NCBI GenBank assembly: GCA_052426225.1
Contig: JBNJNM010000007.1
Coordinates: forward strand, 310,001-374,000
Length of the DNA stretch: 64,000 bases
Reading direction: 5' to 3'
Source of the DNA: Zancudomyces culisetae HAW-14-8
Lineage: Eukaryota > Fungi > Kickxellomycota
Shown piece after piece: positions 12,470 to 24,944 of the stretch; position 1 is the first letter of the stretch, and each line of letters starts with the position of its first letter. The position numbers and the translations under genes were made by a program. The notes under the pieces are model-generated. The model was given only the letters and a program-made list of their open reading frames with translations, was not told the DNA's origin and ran no database searches.

Positions 12470-13322
12470 TGCTTTATATTTCTGGACATTGACGGTTATC
12501 AATTATTTTGCTATTTGTTAAACAGTGAGATTAACCATGATATTTATTCAAAAAACCTAAATAGAAAAGAACGTATGGATCCTGATGTGTTCTATCCTTT
12601 GATTCTTCAGCCAAGGTATCATGTAGTATAACATCTGCCTGGTGCGTGTAGTGATACATGGATACATACATGGAATTATTGATTGATGCTGTGGGTATAA
12701 GGTTCGTACTCTTACTTTAGCTCTAATAATGGTTGTCGTGTTTGGGACATTGCTATAAAATGATGGTTTATATCATGTTAATTCTGAGTTTGTTTGTTGA
12801 GTTTGTATAACTCTACATCCATTCGTGAAGAATTTATTTTTGAAAGTCTTGTCGATACATCTCATGCTTGTGATTAGCATTTTTTTAAGCATATTATTTA
12901 CCTTTCACTTTATATTTAATTTATAAGCATTTCCCAGTTTTTTCTCAATACATCATTTCCTTTTATTTGCATATTCTTCCCCTTTCCATGATAAATAAAT
13001 ACTCTACCATTTAAACTCTTGATGGTTCAGCAAAGTTAGATTCCAGTACAAATTGAAACGTTATTTTGTTTTTTTGGTTTGTGTTTGTCTATGCCAGCTT
13101 TATGAATTACCCATTTCATATTAGTTCATTGGGATATTTGTAAGAATTATGACTAACCACCACAGTCTTTCCCTGACAGAAAATCCTATACTTTTGCTTT
13201 AACTTTAGCTGATGGCCATTTCTACACTTCAATAGCCATTCAACACTTTCAACCTGGTTAGCATGAATACTTTATTTCAGTATTAAATTTCCTTAATAAA
13301 TGCAAATTTGAAACTCCAAATA

Positions 13323-14456
13323 TCAATACTTATTAGTAAATATGAAAATCTCCTTTCTTCCGCTGGAAAATGTGGAAGTAACAGCATGCTGAACTTCTTG
13401 GATGCCAAGCTGTTGTTCAGAGCTGTCTGAACCTGAGATCCAGCTTATTGGTGTAGTAGCCTGCTCTTTGATTTCGCCTTTTTCCATCATGCTCATGATA
13501 TCGTTCCACATTTCAAGCCATTTCGAGGGTGGGTTTGCCTTATACCATTTTGAAACCCAGTATCCTTTGACGGTGATGTCTTTAAAGATAAAAATGGGTG
13601 CAGAAACTTCTAGAGGTAACCCAGACATCAGCCCATAGTTCGCTACAACACCTTCTGGTTTCAAGTGTTTTATCATTTTCATTGCCTGGGGACCGCAAAC
13701 GCAGTCTAAAGCCAATCGGATTGGCTTGTTTTCAAGGAGAGATGTGGTCTCGGGGGTTTCCAGTTCACTTTCCTTAACTATGATATCAGCACCCAATCCC
13801 TTTAAAAATGATTCAAGTTGCTCAAAATTTTGTCGATCTCTAACAACATTAACGGTACGGTACCCCCAGCGCTTTGCAAACTGAATTACAAGTTGACCGA
13901 CACCGCTGTTTGCCCCATTTTGAATGATGTAGTCCCCCTTATTCAAGTTTACTACGTCTAGAAGCATCCTATAGGCAGTTGATGCATTCACCTTTATAGA
14001 GGCGATTTGAGTGGGCGATAACCCATGTGTATTCTTAAGGACAACAACCTCATTTGGTGATAAATACGCACGTGTCACCCAGGCACCCATAGTTGATGAG
14101 CCCATAAACATAACCCAGTCACCAACTTCAATATTTTGTTGTGTGATGGATCCAACTTTGCTTCCGACCTCAATGACCCTTCCAATAGCCTCATTTCCCC
14201 CTACGATACCTACTATATTTTCAACACCTCCTTCAGCAGAATCCGACTTTACTCTAAACTCGACTTTTTCCTTTTGGATTGGATAGTCTCCGCTGATTGC
14301 TAACACATCAGATGGATTTATTGGTGCCACAAAGTTTTCCACTAGGATTTTTTCCTCTGGAAGTGGGCCAAGCTCAAAGTCGTATACCTTTAAGACTTCT
14401 TTTGGGTCTCCGTGCTGAGTGTATATAGCAGCTCTTTCCCAGGTTGGCTTTGTCAT
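13323..14456 (-). CDS. ETR1: trans-2-enoyl-ACP/CoA reductase (MDR family, Etr1/MECR-like), intronless
   Basis: APINPSDV...GDYP, GGNEAIG, VNASTAYRML, IIQNGANSGVG, YGLMSG, FIFKDITVKGYW. Likely start is MTKPTW at 14456. Confidence 0.88.
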   Translation of the reverse strand: MTKPTWERAAIYTQHGDPKEVLKVYDFELGPLPEEKILVENFVAPINPSDVLAISGDYPIQKEKVEFRVKSDSAEGGVENIVGIVGGNEAIGRVIEVGSKVGSITQQNIEVGDWVMFMGSSTMGAWVTRAYLSPNEVVVLKNTHGLSPTQIASIKVNASTAYRMLLDVVNLNKGDYIIQNGANSGVGQLVIQFAKRWGYRTVNVVRDRQNFEQLESFLKGLGADIIVKESELETPETTSLLENKPIRLALDCVCGPQAMKMIKHLKPEGVVANYGLMSGLPLEVSAPIFIFKDITVKGYWVSKWYKANPPSKWLEMWNDIMSMMEKGEIKEQATTPISWISGSDSSEQQLGIQEVQHAVTSTFSSGRKEIFIFTNKY

Positions 14457-15317
14457 TTTGAATTTTCCTTTTCTGTTAAATGTTCTTACTTTGAAAAAGC
14501 AATACACATGCAATATCTTGAACTACGGGGTTTTAAGTCCGACCTTGCTTTTGTTTCAGCTTTTTTCTCGGCTTGTGCATGCGCGTGGTTTTTACCATGT
14601 TTGATTGGTTGGTTATACGTTATTTACTTGTGAATGAATTTTTAATAGATTTTCTAGTGTTATGGAATTTATGTATTAAATTCATGAGCAAAAAAAAAAA
14701 TACTTTTTTTTAATGTGGTTTGCGATTTTTGATCATCGTATGATCCACTAACCGGATTATTATTACAGAAATAGGGTAGTTCTATGGATCCCTTTTTTAT
14801 TTTTTCTTTCTTTTGTCTGGTGTTGTTGCAACTGTTTTTTTTTTTAGTAGACAGCATTTTAGATTGACTTGGGGGAAATAGCTGAACTACAATTAGGTAA
14901 AACCATTTGCTCGATTAAAGTTATTATTATTGTACAATTATTTATCTTTTTTGATGAAAATGGCATTTTATGTCGCACTAAAGCTACTACAAATTTATTA
15001 TCAAATCCATTTTGGGGATGTTGATTGAAATCAGAAATAAGTAGTAATATTAGTGGTGATAGGGCTACAAAGTTAGTAGTCAGTTCAAAAAAACTTGTAA
15101 ATGTTATTTTTCCTTTACCTTTTTACTATTTGTATTTTCAAAGATAAAAAGCAAAAAATATCAAAAGGAAATATTCTGCACTACGAATTGAAGACTTTCA
15201 CCATATAAAATAGATCATACTCTTTTATCGAAGCCTTTTTCAATACATTAAATACTCTTCGGTGCGAAAAATCAGAGAGATTCCTTTAAGAACTATTTTA
15301 AAACGAAAAATTTCAGC

Positions 15318-16387
15318 ATGAACAAACTACTGTTTTTTTTGTCACTCCTTCCTTTTGTTATGTGCGATAATGCTCAAGGTAAGTAAGAAAAGAGTTGTTA
15401 TTTATGTATTGTTAGCTGTAGATAAACTTTTAGCAGTGTCAATAAATTTCTTTGTCAGTGTTGGTGGTATGATGGTATTTTTAGCCGCCGTTTAAATACT
15501 AAATTTACCTTTTAGAACCAATTCACATACTTATACTATATCCATATTTACATTTACATTTAAATACATAATTACTAAACTAATACGTTGTCTTTACGCC
15601 GTGAACCTGAATACAGGATGGGATATCACAAAACTTCCTCCCGATGAAAGGCAAAACCTATGTGATAATCAAGTAATGTTCTGCAGAAACAACTGTGGCG
15701 GTCCCGATAAAGCCCCAAAGGTTTGTACTCTCTCAAAATAGACTATTTCCATATTTTTTAAAATATTTTTGCATTTGGTGTCTCGCACCCTTCTGTCAAG
15801 TAACGCGAACTGAAAGTAAGAAACAAAAAATAAATAGGCATTTTGTAACACTGATACTATGGGCTGGGGGTGGTAAGTATATTTTCTGATTTCATTGTTT
15901 TAAAAAAGGTTTTGGGATATCTAAGAACAGATTTATTTGTTTAAAAATTAGTGGCTGTCTTACTTATACTCCAACGATAAGTCCTTGGGGTTGGCCTATT
16001 GCTGTTAGAGACTGTGTCGGGAATCAGCAGCAATGCGTTGCAAACTGCGGCTCAAAAGATTCTGGAGTCAACGAATGTTATGCTAATTGTAAGATCGTAT
16101 GGGCTTGCAACACCCAAGAGGCACCGGTATCTTATCTGGAGGTAGATACAATCTCGGATAAACCTGCATACTCTGGATTTGCGATAACATATTCAGGACA
16201 TGTTCCTGGTACAAACATTACAACTACAGCGCCAACACCAGCACCAACATCAGCATCAGCAACTGCTGCTACAACGTCCAAATCTGATAGCGGAAGCAAT
16301 ACCTCGACTCCTAGTTCTGCTCAAAGCCTTGTATGCACCGCTACATTGTCACTGACGCTTATGTTTTTATCAGTTCTTCTTTCATAA
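15318..16387 (+). CDS. Secreted Cys-rich GPI-anchored cell-surface protein, paralog A; exons 15318-15378, 15617-15720, 15838-15874, about 15952/4-16387 (intron 3 is anomalous)
   Basis: Signal peptide, WDITKLP..LCDNQVMFCRNNCGGP..AFCNTDTMGWGC, Cys-rich core, S/T-rich linker, hydrophobic C-terminus. Collinear with paralog B. Confidence 0.75.
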
Positions 16388-17107
16388 TACTTTTTTTCTT
16401 TTTGAACACCCAGTATTATTTATTTTTCCTTCTTTGTCAAGCCCAACTTGTGGACAAGATGGTTTATTTGGTAAACGAAAGAAACTATAAGACAGCATTC
16501 GATTTCTTTTAAATCGTGATCTACAGGCAAATTAGAGCGGATTTAATACAAATATTTATTTCTTTATTTATCTTTGAAATTTCAGAATAAAATGACAAAT
16601 AACTAACACCAGTAATAGCTTCAAATCAAAAATCCGCAATTATACAGAAAGATTCCAAGAAGATAAAACAAATAATTAACGAAAGGAGAATATTGTTTAT
16701 TCCCGTTTATCTTTGAGTACACACCGGATTACCTTTACTTTTCCCTTAAAAAGCAAAAAATTTATATCAAAGTATCTACACATATACAAACTAACCAGCT
16801 AAACAAGGTATTTATTCGTACCAACAAGTAAATATTTACAGGACGAATAACAGGTTGGCAATGTCTATAGCATGTCTGACAAGAAATAGGTAGTGCAAAA
16901 AGGTGTATGAATCACTATCCTTGTATAAGACCATGCTAGAAGGTTGAAATAAGTGTGTTCAATTGAGAATATTATGCTCTTCAGTAATTATATATAAATA
17001 GTTTTTGGGCTGGAACAGTGAATGCTTTATCCTGTACTTTTATGTTCAATTAATACCACTTTTAACTTTTAATATAAAAAATACAAAAAGTAGTCTGCAA
17101 AAAAAAA

Positions 17108-17939
17108 ATGATTTCAAATGTTTTTGTGACACTCGGTCTTATTCTTTCCGCGAGTGCAAATCTAGGTATGTACTTTTTAGGTCTAATAACATACATTAAT
17201 AACTTCAACAGCCTGTAGAACAATAACTGTATAACATGTAACATAAAATAGCACCATGGGATATCACAAAACTTCCCTACGCCCAGAGAAAAGCAGTATG
17301 CGATACACAGGTCGCTACATGCCAGAATGATTGTGGCGGACCACAGTATGCACCAAAGGTATAGTTATATTTACAGACACTTTTTGTCTTATTATTCTCA
17401 TTCAGGTTAACATCAAAATAGCATAATAATAAACAATTGATAACTCGCCATAGGCCTTTTGCAATGTCGATACCATGGGATGGGGTTGTGGTTGTGCTAC
17501 ACATGCACCTACAACCCAGCTTTGGGAGTTTCCAGTTTCTGTACTAGATTGCCAGGGGTGGTTACAATATTGTCAAAACAATTGTTATTTGTATGAAAAT
17601 GCCAGCAACACATGTTTCTTTAAGTGTAACAGCCAATATCGGTGCAGTACAAAAGATGCACCTGTATCTTATTTACAGGTTTCTACTTATGATGACGTTC
17701 CAGCATACACAGGACCATTTGTTACGTACTCTGGGTTCATTCCTGGTACAGACCAGACTTATGTCGCTCCACCACCACCACCACCCACATCTTCATCCCA
17801 GTCACAAAAGACGCAGGCATCTACAGCAGAAGGTGAAAAGAATCTGACCAGCTGTGCAAATACAGTAGGTGCCGTCACAAGTCTGGTTCTTTTGTACGGG
17901 TTTTCCTTTGCAGCAGGAGTATATTATCTTGGACAGTAG
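17108..17939 (+). CDS. Secreted Cys-rich GPI-anchored cell-surface protein, paralog B; exons 17108-17165, 17252-17358, 17454-17939
   Basis: Signal peptide MISNVFVTLGLILSASA, WDITKLP..CDTQVATCQNDCGGP..AFCNVDTMGWGCGC, P/S/T linker, hydrophobic tail; canonical introns. Confidence 0.85.
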
Positions 17940-18093
17940 CCTGATATTATTCTGATTGAGTTTAAAGGTTTTTAATAATATTTGAGAGTTATATACAATG
18001 ATCTAAATACAATAAAACTAGAAATATGTGAAATATGATAAAAGTAACTAAAACCAAACACGGAAGAGATGTAACAAAGATGGTTAGTGTCTT

Positions 18094-20975
18094 TTAAAGG
18101 GATTCAAAAGGCGCGTATAACTCTAGGAAGCGCTTAGAAGCAGAGATATTGTTTTTACAGAGGAGGGTAGCCAGCGATAGCCATTCTGTAGCATACCTTC
18201 GAGTTGTGCCGCCTTTATTTGTGTAAGAGATTGCAATTTCACATCCTACTTGCTCTGCGGATAGTTTATGATTACATGTGGACTTGTCTACACATAACCT
18301 ACATTCAAAAGATAAATCCAATAAATAATGTAAAATTAATATACAACATTGTCATCATAATATGCAATGCTATCGAGTATATAAACATAAAAATAAATAT
18401 TTATAATGGTAAAAAGTGAACAAGCCAAACGAAAATAGAGGGAAAGAGAGAGAGAAAGGGCAAGTTACTTCAATGACAAACAAAATAAGAGATTAAATGC
18501 GTCGAGATACGTCGACCGAAAAGATATTCAAAAGATAATAGTTTACTTACTCTAGGCTGAAATCGTGCGAGTCTTTTGGATTAGACAAAAACGAGCTCAG
18601 AGACCGGATTGTCGGAATCAAAAGTGTTGCAGCTTCGGTTGGCGAGCGCTGGTTTTTATTAAAAGTGGCACAGTTACGATTTTGACACCAGTCGTTACCA
18701 CAACCACTGACAAACTGGCTATGTAGCTTTCTAATAATTCTTTGAAGTAATAGTTTGTTTGAGGGATCTAGTTGAGAAACATAAAATGGAGCAAAACATT
18801 TGTTGCACAGCGCAAGAGGGTTTGTGTGCGAATCTGAAAGAACCTGGAGATTGTAAAGCGTATTTACGTTGAGCACTGGTGCTGTTTCTGAGGAATTGAT
18901 GCCGGGATTTGTTCGTGCAATGTTGGACAAGTGGCTAAGCACTGTCGGCGAGATAGAGTTTGTAACAGGCATAAGACATTGTGAATTTTTGCATAATCTG
19001 AAGGGTAGCGGTAACGAGTTCTTTGTGGTATTGTGTACTTTCATATGGGTATTGACATTACGTAGCTGAACCTTTTTTAGACAAATGGCACATTCAATGG
19101 TTCTACTTCCACAGTACGACTCATGTGCTTGAAACCCGCTTAAAATGTCATCTGCTCGGGTGGAGGCAAGACCCTGTTGAACAAATGTATGGCAAAACCT
19201 GCATTTGATAACTTTTTCGGGGCATATACCATTGCGATGGGTGTTTAGATCAACAATTGAAGCAAATATTCCAGCATCCGGACACGATGGGCATTTGAAG
19301 CCACTACCGTTGTTGTGGAAATAATGACAGTGTTTAGATACATCAAGTTCTGAGCCGTAAAACTCACATTCATTGCAGTGAACATGCCGTTTCATTTCAT
19401 AGTCCTCTTTTTTCATTACAAGCTTGCACTTTGAACAAAAGTAATTGTTTCTGGAGCAGAAGTTTTCGTGCATTCTTACTCTCTCGGTCAACACATACGT
19501 GGTGCAATTGCTACACATCGAATACCCCTCTCTGACGCTTACGTTTTCCTCAGACTCGTGGTCGTGGCCAGTTCCAGGCTGGGGGTTGGATGTTTCTTCA
19601 AAGTTTATTTTATGCTTTTGTAGTTTTATAATCACATTTGATGATTCACAGCAGTAGTTCGATAACATAAACGAATAGGTCTTTTCATCATCTTTTTCAA
19701 AATCAGTCTTGAAGATGGATATAACCCTAGTACTCTGAGTTGGCCCGGACACATCAAATTTTGAAAAGTTCAATGTGGTTGGCTTAAAAAGGCCCGATTT
19801 CCCAAAGATATCTATCAAGCAGAAAAATGATGATTAGTTTATACACTATAAAACTTTTCCATTACACTCACATCCCCAGGATGTTTCTATATACAACTTG
19901 ATAAGATCATTTTAAAAATGGGGTAAAATTACTTACCAACATCGCCATCCACACATTCTATAATAACTTTTATTTTTCCGTCATTCATAAGGAACGAATA
20001 GTCACTGGACGAAAGTTTCACTGCATACCATAACGGTATATTTTTGGAAACATGCGCTCTTATAGTATCTCCTAACCTTATTTCAAAGACCTCATTTTCA
20101 CCAATAGTTCTACTGCCACTACTACCATCGATCGTAATTAAGTTGTTTATTTCAGTAGGAAATTGTATATCAACCACTAAATCAGTATCAACCACATCGA
20201 CTGCGTTCCTTGGTACCAGTTCAATTACTTGAATATCATAATCCGTTCCATCGATTGGAACCATTAGTGTTTGGTTTTCAACTAATGTTGTCAAGTTTCT
20301 GCGCAAATGCGATTCCAAAATTGACCTGATCTCAAACAAACTCTTTCCTATCTTGGAACCAAATCTAAACCGTGCATAGCTCCCTTTTTCCAGCTCCACA
20401 TATTCCAGCTCCACCTCTTCTCCTTCCAAAACACCCAATTCACTTAACATCCATTCTGGAACACCCACTGTGTTTTCCTCTGAACTGAATTCCTTCACTC
20501 CAGCGCAGATATTGGCTAATTTCGGGAATTTTCCAAAGTCTGGTAGTGTATGAGAACCCATTTTTTGTGTCTGGCTTTTCCTAATTCGGAAGGTCAGTGG
20601 TGAAGGGATCAAGACTTCACCATTATCACCGAAATTCCTGGGTTTTTTGTTTGGAGATCTTTTCGAATGTGCACGGATAGGTTGAAGAGTATTTCTAGGT
20701 TCCGCTTCACTTCCACTTCCACTTCCACTCTCACTCTCACTCTCACTTTCGTCATTTCTGCTTCCCAAATCTTTTATTCCTACTCCGCTGGCATCCCTGC
20801 TTACTCGATTGCGTGACTGATTAGCAAAAGCGTTGTTGATTTTGTTCTTGTTTTTTTCTGACTCTGACTGAAAGTATTTGATCAGATTCTCCAACACCGA
20901 ATGCGGGAGTATCAGTTTGTCTGTGTATTTAAGCGTTTCGTTGCTTTTATAAGGAATTAATTTAATTGAATACAT
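18094..20975 (-). CDS. UFD1-domain protein with TRAF-type zinc fingers and an AZUL-like Zn domain; exons 20975-19937, 19811-18551, 18298-18094
   Basis: DKLILPHSVL / AGVKEFSSEE..VPEWM (UFD1 fold), repeated C-x2-C...H-x3-C fingers, QFVSGCGNDWCQNRNCAT (AZUL-like). Three ORFs are joined by GT-AG introns. Confidence 0.8.
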
Positions 20976-21943
20976 TTTATTAGGGTTTTCAAATTACTCT
21001 TGAGATCTCCTTGTTTTGTTATACCCTCGAAAAATATCTAAGACCAGTATTTAATAAATTGAAAAAACACTAAGAACCGTAGTTTAGTGGGGTTTAGTGT
21101 CTAAACGGTGTACAGTCATGAATATATTCTCAAAACCAAGTGTATATTAGCTCTGCTTTGTTCTTAATAATTCTATTGCTTTTTCTTTCTATGAAAATGT
21201 AAACTATTGATTAAACGAATGGGATTTATACCTTGAATTTTGTTTTCTGTGAATGTGAATGTGAAAAAAAATTAATCCATCAAAACTCCCCTCCTTCCAG
21301 TATATGCCGCTTTAATTATCCTGCATATGGACAAAAGCAAAAAAGAAAAAAAAGCAAAAAAAAAACGCAAAGGGGGGAATTTAGTTTGTTATTCATAGAG
21401 TAGAGGCTAAACCAAATCCAAACAGTATAAGAATTCCTAAACATTAATCAAAGAATCCAGGACCCTCTACCCAGTAACTGTTTTTTAAGCTTTTTGAGGC
21501 TGGAGTTTGCACGAGTAGATTTTGCCAAATTGATTCCTTCCATAAATAAATCAAGCCTAGCTTTCTTTACTGTGATTGGCTAGTTTACTAAATGCTAGAA
21601 TTCATAATGCCCAATAACCATTGTTGCTCAAAGGAGCAATATTCAATAGCAGTTATAGTTTGGTATAATAGATTTCTGATTGATATGATGCACCCACCCA
21701 TATACCTTTTATTACTCAAAGCAGTAGAAATTCCCAGCCATCCCGGAATAAGCCTAACAAGCTCTACTCACAACTGAATTAATCTTGAACTGCTTCATTG
21801 AGCATATTTATATTGCGTTGATTAATTAATTTATTAAAGTCTATATTCGTGTAATTGAGGGAAAATATAAAAAAAAACCGCTAAAAAATTCAAAATAGAT
21901 ACATAGACAGAAAGGTAAGAAAAAAGGAAAAGAAGTAACTGTG

Positions 21944-24900
21944 TTACTGTGTAGAAGCGGCTTCACCCTCAATGTCTTCTTCATACTGACTGATCATGTC
22001 TTCAGCATTCTTAGGGCCAATGTAGAATCCTTTATTTTTGGTGCCCCATTTGAAATTCAAGTATTTTTTGTTTTCGGCAATAAGTGATTCGCGTTGGTCA
22101 GGTTTGCAGAGCTTTAAGAATTTCGACTTTGCACGCAGATCACCAAGCTGCGCAGCCCGAACGTAAATAGTTTTAAAGTCGTTGATATTAAACGAGGCAA
22201 AGGAATGATCGATAATGTTGTGTTTAAGGTCGTACAGCAAGCGAAGTGATGTGCGCAGATGGTCGTTACGAGCTAACAGAAGGATCATTTGGCGATACAC
22301 TTGATATTCCTGGGTTTTATTGCAGCCGAGACTTGAGCGGATAGATTCACGAACGGAATAAGAGATTTTAGAGTTTGCTGAAGGCAGAGCAAACCATTTT
22401 TTGATATCAACTGTGTTGGTTTGAGCAGCTTTGGACTGTCTATTGAGTATCCGACCGATTGCAGTAAATTTTGAGTCAAGTTCGCTATCAATTGATTCAA
22501 ACGACTTTAGCTTGACGAATGCATCAAGGTCTTTTTGAGGTTGGATGGCCTTTTCGACCAATAAACGCCATTCACGGAACTGAGACCAGACAATCCAGGC
22601 CATATTGACATCCCTTGTAGCGTTGGCCAAGTTCAATGCGATTTCCAGCGTAAACCCGTCACGTTTACATCCCAAACGATCGTACTCCAAACAATAAAAA
22701 TTCCAAGCATTGTCAAAATCGCCACAGTTAACCAGTATCGATAGGTAGGCATTGAGTACTCGCCTTGTAGCTTTTTTTGTATTTGATTGAGATACCAATT
22801 CCCTGCTGTTGATCTTGTAATCGACACTACTGGGAAGGGTATTTGCAATCGATAGATAAAAACTATAAATTTGTTTTGCCTCCTCAAGAACTGAGGAGTG
22901 GTCTACTGGAACTATTTGATTAAATGAAGGTGGCGATACTTCAGCTCTAATTAATTGTGTAGGCTCTGTTCTCTTTACCAAATCCAGAGCTTTTTTGCCG
23001 GGGTTTGAGCCTGTGTCATTTACTAGGGGGTGCTGAATAGTTTCATCGTCATGCTCCCTTGATAGTTGCTCAAACATGCCCAAAATCGACGAAGGTTTAG
23101 TTTGTGGTTTAGTGTTTAGCTCAGCCAAATCTTGGGGACTTACAACTCGTATAGATTCGCCTTTCTCAACCATTCTTTCTATTGCTTGCTTTCTAGTCAA
23201 TGTATTTGTAGCCCTCAGGTGTGACGAATATACATAAAACAAATTGGTAAAACTGGAGGCATCCAGTCTCATCATGTCCTTATCCTTAGACTCTGTGATT
23301 TTATTGAAAATCAACCTTGCCATTTCCAAGTTTTTGTTTTTTGCACACGCGTACAAAAGGGTGTTGTAAGTGTAATAGTCTGGTTTAAATCCTGCCATCT
23401 CCATCTTTGCCAACAGACTGAACGCCTCGTCGAAATAGCCCTTACGATGAGCACAGGCGTTGATAAGCGAGTTAAACGTTACATCTGTTATTGGCTGTTT
23501 GTTTAATATCATCTCATCAACCAATCCTAGTGCCTTCTCTACCTTGTCCTCTATCGTGCACAGGTTGATCATAATTGTCATTGTCTTTACTCCAATCTGT
23601 GCTATTTCGTACCGCATATGTTCAAATGTTCCCCATGCCCTTTTGTAGTCCTCATACTTGATACACCCAAGAAGTAATTGGTTGTAAACTGTTTCATCCG
23701 GCATGCACTTTTCTCTTTTCATCATTTCATACATCTTGTATGCATCATCCAAGCGCTGATTCAGAACATATGCCTTTATTATTGCCGAGTACGAATATTG
23801 TGTGTACTCAAGGTTTCTTTCTTTATATTCCTTAAAAACCTCCACTGTTCCTTCCAAATCACCCTTTTTTGCATATGCTAGCATCATATGGTCAAGCGTT
23901 CGTGATGTTGGTGCTATTCCTGAACTTATCATTAGATTATACGCCTCTTTTGCCTCATCTATTCTTCCAACAAATGCCTAGAATAATAGTAAAGTGGTTT
24001 TATTAAAGCCTAAGATACCATCCTCGATTTGAATTTCCACAATTCGTCACACTGAATTGTTGTATCATTTTATTTTATTCTCCATACTATGTGTAAACAT
24101 AAATATAAATAAAAACAAAGCCACTTACATTTTGGAGAATGACATGATTAAATACGGATTCTGATAGCTTTCCGGCAACCTCTTCCCCTTTTTTTAAAAA
24201 ATCTCCCGTTCTCACACTCTTCCCAGTATCTAGACCCCTGGAATCTACATACTCTGCCAGTTCTACATTAACTTGATCAAAATCTACCTCTTTGGTTTCA
24301 TTCATGGTCATTTTTTTCTGTTTTCTGCTAGTCTCTTTCTTATTTCCACGATCGAGTTCGACACCATTGTCAAAATCAGTGTAGTTTTCAGAATCTTGCT
24401 TTTCGAGTATTATCTGGTCGTCTTTTTCAATTTTTGTAAGAAATTCCGTTTCGATCTGCTCGAGCATATCTGAAATGCTTGTTCCCGAGTCCTCCTTTTT
24501 CTTCTTTTTACCCTCACCTTTTTTAATTGCGCTCTTTTCAAAATTATCCTTTTTTTTAGTATTTTTATATACAATACCGAGTAAACTCTCTATTTCCGAA
24601 TCTGTAACCTCTAATTCTTGCATTATGTCCTCTTGGTTCACTTTTAGTTCTTTCCCAGCAGAATACTGTCTAATCGACTGAGCGAATCTAGGTCGTAGCC
24701 TCATAAGATGCTCAAATATTATACGATTACTCGGTTCATTTCTACCCCAAGACCTAAATCTCTGGTCTAGAGTTTTATTCGCTAATTTTACATTTATAGT
24801 ATGATTTCTGGAAATAGAGTTGAAGTTACACCTTGAACCCAATGAAGCCGCAAACACCGGTCTATTTACGCTGTGGCTAGCTTGTATGTTACATTTTATG

Positions 24901-24944
24901 CAAGGACTCCTGCCCTTTGCCAGTCTTGAAATCAACTGTACCAT
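21944..24944 (-). CDS. Mitochondrial pentatricopeptide-repeat (PPR) protein, CCM1-like; exons 24944-24129 and 23977-21944
   Basis: Basic, acid-free N-terminal presequence; tandem 35-aa PPR motifs (YSAIIKAYV, VYNQLLLGC, TFNSLINAC, TYNTLLYAC); phase-0 GT-AG intron. Confidence 0.85.
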
